From an uncultured virus (IMG/VR IMGVR_UViG_3300032073_002513) (taxonomy: Duplodnaviria > Heunggongvirae > Uroviricota > Caudoviricetes): DNA of 20,000 nucleotides. Position 1 is the first letter of the stretch, and the number at the start of each line of letters is the position of its first letter. The notes under the pieces are model-generated. The model worked only from the letters and a program-made list of their open reading frames with translations. It was not told the origin of the DNA and did no database searches. The stretch lies in the IMG/VR virus record IMGVR_UViG_3300032073_002513, one strand, 5' to 3'. The position numbers were made by a program, and so were the translations under genes. This document shows, one piece after another, positions 15,917-20,000 of this stretch.

Positions 15917-17092
15917 ATGCGCTTTACTGAATTTTTAAAAGAAGATAAAGAAGAAGATAAACTTAAACATCTAGAGCATGTTGAGGATCATGTAATCCAT
16001 GCTGGACATGAAGGCTTTGGACATGCGTTCCATACAATTAATGATGTTCATAATGATTTACAAGGTAAAGGCAAATCTCAGACACAAACAACTATTAAAT
16101 ATGATGGCAGTCCTGCCGTTGTATTTGGGAAACATCCTGAGAACGGAAAGTTCTTTGTAGCATCTAAATCAGCATTCAATAAAACACCAAAGATTAATCA
16201 CACCCATGAAGATATAGATAAGAACCACGGGCACGCACCAGGTCTTGTATCTAAACTTAAAGCAGCTTTAGATCATGCACACAAAATAGAGCCTAATGGA
16301 GTCTATCAAGCAGACATTATGCACGCTGGAGATGTTAAACACGATAAGAAAAATAATAGAGTAGACTTTACACCACAGTTAATTACATATCATGCACCAG
16401 CAGATTCAGATCACGGTAAGGCAGCTCAGAAAGCTAAGCTAGGGTTAGCAATACATACGGAGTATGAGGGTAAGACAATAGCCGATATGAAAGCCAAACA
16501 CGGCGCTATTGACTCTAATACCTTCAAAAAGCACAAGGATGTGCACCTTATGAGTGCTAATCACGATCTTAGTACACATAGGTATAGTTTAGAAGATCGT
16601 AAGCAAGTAGACCATCATTTAGAACAAGCTGTAGCACACTTTAAAAATACACCCAGAGAACACCACGATACAGTTCAAAAACATGCTACAGCCTTAAAGA
16701 CTTATGTAAACCATACAGTACGAACAGGCGAACAACATTCACATGAGGGGTTCGTAGCACATCACAGTAAGAGTCATCAGAAGAAGGTAGATGGTGTTAA
16801 GACAGATGTTGCTAAAGCAAGACATCAAACTACTATGGATAACACCTTAGGACATATAAATAAGAATAAGGAACACTTCGAAGGTCCAATGAATATGCAC
16901 AAACATCTTCAAGCGGCTAAGAATATTTTAACAACTACCATGTCTCAAAAGTCAGAATTTGGACATGAAGTAGACGGACAGAAAGTTAAACCAGAAGGTT
17001 TTGTTGCCATACGAAATGGCAGACCTTCTAAATTTGTAGACAGGAAGGAGTTTAGTGCGCTAAACTTTAACAAGAATGACAACAGAAAATAA
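15917..17092 (+). CDS. His-rich protein with RNA/DNA ligase-type nucleotidyltransferase motifs (probably DUF6267-like)
   Basis: TIKYDGSP (motif I KxDG), FFVASKS, PEGFVA and SKFVDR; N-terminal MRFTEFLKE. The family name is from memory and unverified. Confidence 0.7.
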   Translation: MRFTEFLKEDKEEDKLKHLEHVEDHVIHAGHEGFGHAFHTINDVHNDLQGKGKSQTQTTIKYDGSPAVVFGKHPENGKFFVASKSAFNKTPKINHTHEDIDKNHGHAPGLVSKLKAALDHAHKIEPNGVYQADIMHAGDVKHDKKNNRVDFTPQLITYHAPADSDHGKAAQKAKLGLAIHTEYEGKTIADMKAKHGAIDSNTFKKHKDVHLMSANHDLSTHRYSLEDRKQVDHHLEQAVAHFKNTPREHHDTVQKHATALKTYVNHTVRTGEQHSHEGFVAHHSKSHQKKVDGVKTDVAKARHQTTMDNTLGHINKNKEHFEGPMNMHKHLQAAKNILTTTMSQKSEFGHEVDGQKVKPEGFVAIRNGRPSKFVDRKEFSALNFNKNDNRK

Positions 17093-17942
17093 AGATAAAC
17101 ATATAGTATTTTCATATGGTAGGATGAATCCACCAACTGCTGGACATTCTAAGGTAGTGGACAAAGTTAAGTCTCACGCAGATGCTATTGGCGCTAATCA
17201 CGCAGTTATAGTTAGTCATTCTCAAAATCAAAAAGACAATCCATTACATCACGAACACAAAAAAGAATTTCTAAAACATGTACACCCTGATGTAAACTTT
17301 GAACATTCTACAAAAGAACACCCACACTTCTTGGCACAGCTTAAAAAGTTTCATCAAGAAGGACATACACACGCAACAATGGTTGTTGGTAGTGATAGAG
17401 TAAAACAATTTAAAGCGTTGGCACATAAGTACAACGGCAAAGAATACGATTATAAAAAGATACATATCTTATCTGCAGGACAGAGAGACCCTGATGCAGA
17501 AGGAGTCACTGGTATAAGTGGAACAAAGATGAGAAATCATGCTAGCAATAATGATTACAAATCTTTTAAGGCAGGATTACATGCCAATCATAATGATGAA
17601 CAAGCTAAGAAACTCTTTAAGGCAACGCGCCAAGGTATGAACTTACAAAAAGAGGAGAGAGGCATGAAGGATTTTGCTACATTTTTAACAGAAGACATGG
17701 AAGGCATGTCTCAAAAGTCTGGAGATAAAAGAAGTACAGAGAGTGGTGCAGGCATGACAGCCAAAGGTGTCGCTAAATACAACAGACGAACAGGTGGTAA
17801 TCTAAAAACAGCAGTAACTACACCACCAAGCAAACTTAAAAAAGGCAGTAAAGCAGCAGGAAGGCGTAAGTCTTTTTGTGCCAGGTCCAAAGGTTGGACA
17901 GGCGAGAGAGGCAAAGCTGCTAGAAGGAGATGGAATTGCTAA
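17076..17942 (+). CDS. His-rich HxGH nucleotidyltransferase (cytidyltransferase-like) fused to a basic C-terminal module
   Basis: SYGRMNPPTAGH, VVGSDRV, SAGQRDPDAEGVTGISGTKMR; C-terminal RRKSFCARSKGW...AARRRWNC. Confidence 0.85.
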   Translation: MTTENKDKHIVFSYGRMNPPTAGHSKVVDKVKSHADAIGANHAVIVSHSQNQKDNPLHHEHKKEFLKHVHPDVNFEHSTKEHPHFLAQLKKFHQEGHTHATMVVGSDRVKQFKALAHKYNGKEYDYKKIHILSAGQRDPDAEGVTGISGTKMRNHASNNDYKSFKAGLHANHNDEQAKKLFKATRQGMNLQKEERGMKDFATFLTEDMEGMSQKSGDKRSTESGAGMTAKGVAKYNRRTGGNLKTAVTTPPSKLKKGSKAAGRRKSFCARSKGWTGERGKAARRRWNC

Positions 17943-18244
17943 TACTTACTAGACTAGCTATAGCATGTGTAACAGCAGTATTTGGAAACGCTTTTAGTAA
18001 ATGGTTTCTTAATACAAAAGTAGGCGCATGGTTTCAACTTAAAATAAACAAACTAATGTCATTCTTAGCAGATAGATATAACATAGAGGTTGCTAAGAAA
18101 GAAGCTAAATGGAGATCAGATTATCCTATGTTAGCTGAAAGAATAGATTTATTAGAAGATAAGGCACATTACAAATGTGGACTTTCAGACTTTGACGGCT
18201 TTGAACAGATCGATGAAAGAATTAGGAAGTTAGAGAAGAAATGA
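17930..18244 (+). CDS. Hypothetical protein with a hydrophobic N-terminus
   Basis: Overlaps both neighbours; ATGA coupling to the next gene. Confidence 0.7.
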   Translation: MELLILTRLAIACVTAVFGNAFSKWFLNTKVGAWFQLKINKLMSFLADRYNIEVAKKEAKWRSDYPMLAERIDLLEDKAHYKCGLSDFDGFEQIDERIRKLEKK

Positions 18245-18609
18245 GTAAGATATTAATAGGAATTATTGTAGCCATGTGCTTAGGCTTTGGTGGCTACTAC
18301 TGGATGACAGAAAAGCGTCTTACAGTTCTAACTGAGAACAACGCTAAACTATCAATAGCAAATCAAACAAATCAACAAACAATAGACAAACTTTCACAGG
18401 ATTATGAGGAACAACAAGTACTTAATAAAGAGTTAGGTATAAAGTTAAAAGCCTCAGAAGCTTATGGAGATAACTTAGCTAAAAAACTAAGGGAACATGA
18501 TTTAACAATGCTAACCCTAAAGAAACCAGGGTTAATTGAACGGAGGGTGAATAGTGCCACAGATAAGATTCTTAAAGATCTCGAGTCTAGTACTGCTACT
18601 GTTAATTAG
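18241..18609 (+). CDS. Putative inner-membrane spanin (Rz-like)
   Basis: N-terminal TM (ILIGIIVAMCLGFGGYYW) followed by a long coiled coil; overlaps the lipoprotein gene. Confidence 0.6.
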   Translation: MSKILIGIIVAMCLGFGGYYWMTEKRLTVLTENNAKLSIANQTNQQTIDKLSQDYEEQQVLNKELGIKLKASEAYGDNLAKKLREHDLTMLTLKKPGLIERRVNSATDKILKDLESSTATVN

Positions 18610-18952
18610 TAGTGGTTGTAGTCTTATACCTGCACAGGTAGAAGTACAAACTAAATTCGTAGAGAAACAAATACCAATACAAGGACATCCTAAGGGTGTA
18701 ACTATGTATCCTATGCAGTTTTATGCTGTAACAAGCGAGAACTACGAGGAGTTCAAAGAGAAATTTGAGAAAGAAAATGCAGATTTAGTATATTTTGCAT
18801 TGAGTGTTCCGGATTATGAGAACTTATCTTTAAATATAGGTGAACTAAAACGCTACATAGAACAACAAAAGACAATCATTATATATTACGAACAATCCAT
18901 AACAGGAATTAAGGCAGAAATAGTTTTGGAAGACGACAAAGCCAAAGACTAA
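18554..18952 (+). CDS. Putative outer-membrane lipoprotein spanin (Rz1-like)
   Basis: GTG start after GGAGGG; signal peptide with lipobox-like ISSG-C; Pro-containing segment then a helix. Confidence 0.6.
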   Translation: MPQIRFLKISSLVLLLLISSGCSLIPAQVEVQTKFVEKQIPIQGHPKGVTMYPMQFYAVTSENYEEFKEKFEKENADLVYFALSVPDYENLSLNIGELKRYIEQQKTIIIYYEQSITGIKAEIVLEDDKAKD

Positions 18953-18957
18953 TCTTG

Positions 18958-18965
18958 TATAAATA
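18958..18965 (+). promoter_or_regulatory. T4-type late promoter
   Basis: TATAAATA in an 18 nt intergenic gap, 5 nt before ATG 18971. Confidence 0.8.
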
Positions 18966-18970
18966 AGAGT

Positions 18971-20000
18971 ATGAAGACTTTTACAACATTCATGGAAGAC
19001 TTAGCTTCAGGTAGACCAATGAAGAAACCTGTATCTAGTAATTTGTTACAACAAAGAGCTAAAGAAAATACTAAAGCTCTAAAGTCAGGTTTTATGAAGT
19101 TAACAAAACAAGAAAGAGATAAAGAAGCTCGAAGAATGTCAGAAGAGAAAAAGAATTGTGGGTGTGGCCAAGATCCTTGTATCACATATGGCAAAAAACA
19201 AATGAAAGAAGAAGACGGTTCGTATTATGGTAAACCATCACCAAGACTTAAAAAGAAAGTAAAAGGTGCCAAAGAAGTCGTTAATAATCCTTATTCTAAA
19301 GACGATGGTAAAACTGTTGTTGCAAAGCAGAAAAAATATCAGCCACAGCTGTCAAAAAGCAAACAAGGTATAAATAATGTACTGAAGTTTTTAAAGAAAA
19401 ATCCGGATTATAAGATTGGAGCCCATAGCCTAAAGAAAAAATCTAAAAGACTAGGTGAAGCTACAGCATCAGAAGTATTAAAGAAAAGATATGCTTCCGA
19501 TCATCCAGATGATAATCCACATAATCAGAAAAGAATTAAAGATCACCTTCCTGGTATGAAAACTTATAAATTGCACCCAGGTGCTAAAGCAACTGATGGT
19601 GGTGAATGGTCTAAGAAAGGCAAAATGAAAGCTTTAAAGAAACAAATTAAAAGACGCCCTGAACAATATGGAGTAACAGAATCAGCCAGAGATAATTACG
19701 ATCCTGTAATTTCAGATAAAAGAACAAAAGAAAAACTTAAGAAGGCAGGGTTACCACCGGAGTCTCCTAAAGTAATGGAAGCTAAGAAACCTGTAGTACA
19801 CAGCACAAAGCCAGACAGTCTTAAAACAATTAAGATTAAATATAACAAACCTATTAGAACTAAAGTAACAGACATTGGAGCTGGCGGAAAAGAGTATGTC
19901 AGAAAAGATTGGTCTGAAGAAACATTTAAACCTCATGATATGTGGAGTCCTAAAGGCGAGAAGAAATTTGCTAAAACAGAAAAAGAACATTTAGCATTAA
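18971..20000 (+). CDS. Lys-rich modular putative internal head protein or polyprotein, 3' truncated (at least 343 aa)
   Basis: Translated by hand with no in-frame stop to the window end: MKTFTTFMEDLASGRPMKK...NCGCGQDPCITYG...FKPHDMWSPKGEKKFAKTEKEHLAL. Absent from the ORF track, probably because it has no stop codon in the window. Confidence 0.85.
   Translation, partial: MKTFTTFMEDLASGRPMKKPVSSNLLQQRAKENTKALKSGFMKLTKQERDKEARRMSEEKKNCGCGQDPCITYGKKQMKEEDGSYYGKPSPRLKKKVKGAKEVVNNPYSKDDGKTVVAKQKKYQPQLSKSKQGINNVLKFLKKNPDYKIGAHSLKKKSKRLGEATASEVLKKRYASDHPDDNPHNQKRIKDHLPGMKTYKLHPGAKATDGGEWSKKGKMKALKKQIKRRPEQYGVTESARDNYDPVISDKRTKEKLKKAGLPPESPKVMEAKKPVVHSTKPDSLKTIKIKYNKPIRTKVTDIGAGGKEYVRKDWSEETFKPHDMWSPKGEKKFAKTEKEHLAL

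Noticed and set aside
19369..19376. TATAAATA copies inside coding regions (19369; also 2517 and 10976)
   Set aside because: A few chance matches are expected in 20 kb this AT-rich. 2517 and 10976 could be real but were not called without further support.
856..19990. All minus-strand ORFs in the track
   Set aside because: They lie antisense to well-supported + strand genes, have no recognisable motifs, and fit codon-bias shadows.
1..20000. CRISPR array, long tandem repeats or stop-codon reassignment
   Set aside because: No regularly spaced repeats were seen by eye. Genes end at TAA, TGA and TAG and pack tightly under the standard code.

Overview
This 20 kb window comes from an AT-rich T4-like myovirus, probably aquatic. 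A Gram-negative proteobacterial host is inferred from the spanin-like pair, the IbpA-type Hsp20 and the sigma70-type promoters. All credible genes are on the + strand. The left half is the replication core (hsp20, SNase-like nuclease, gp43 DNA polymerase, UvsX, gp41 helicase) interleaved with auxiliary genes: radical SAM, a 2OG-Fe(II) oxygenase, a short UDP-glucose dehydrogenase and a C4 zinc finger. The middle has membrane proteins, a second 2OG-Fe(II) oxygenase, an early-gene block with a repeated promoter/operator motif, a winged-HTH protein, tRNA-Thr(UGU), a cytidylyltransferase and a glycosyltransferase. The right end is a late module: two proteins with about 11% His (one ligase-like, one HxGH nucleotidyltransferase), a spanin-like pair, and an ORF missing from the ORF track that runs off the window. 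That ORF looks like a Lys-rich polyprotein of small modules separated by prohead-protease-like sites. The most interesting signals are (1) a putative capsid-packaged, protease-processed cargo system marked by T4 CTS-like N-termini and apparently leaderless late mRNAs, (2) a ROSE-like RNA thermometer on the phage hsp20, and (3) a three-copy promoter with an embedded palindromic operator. Family assignments come from motif recognition only; no searches were run.
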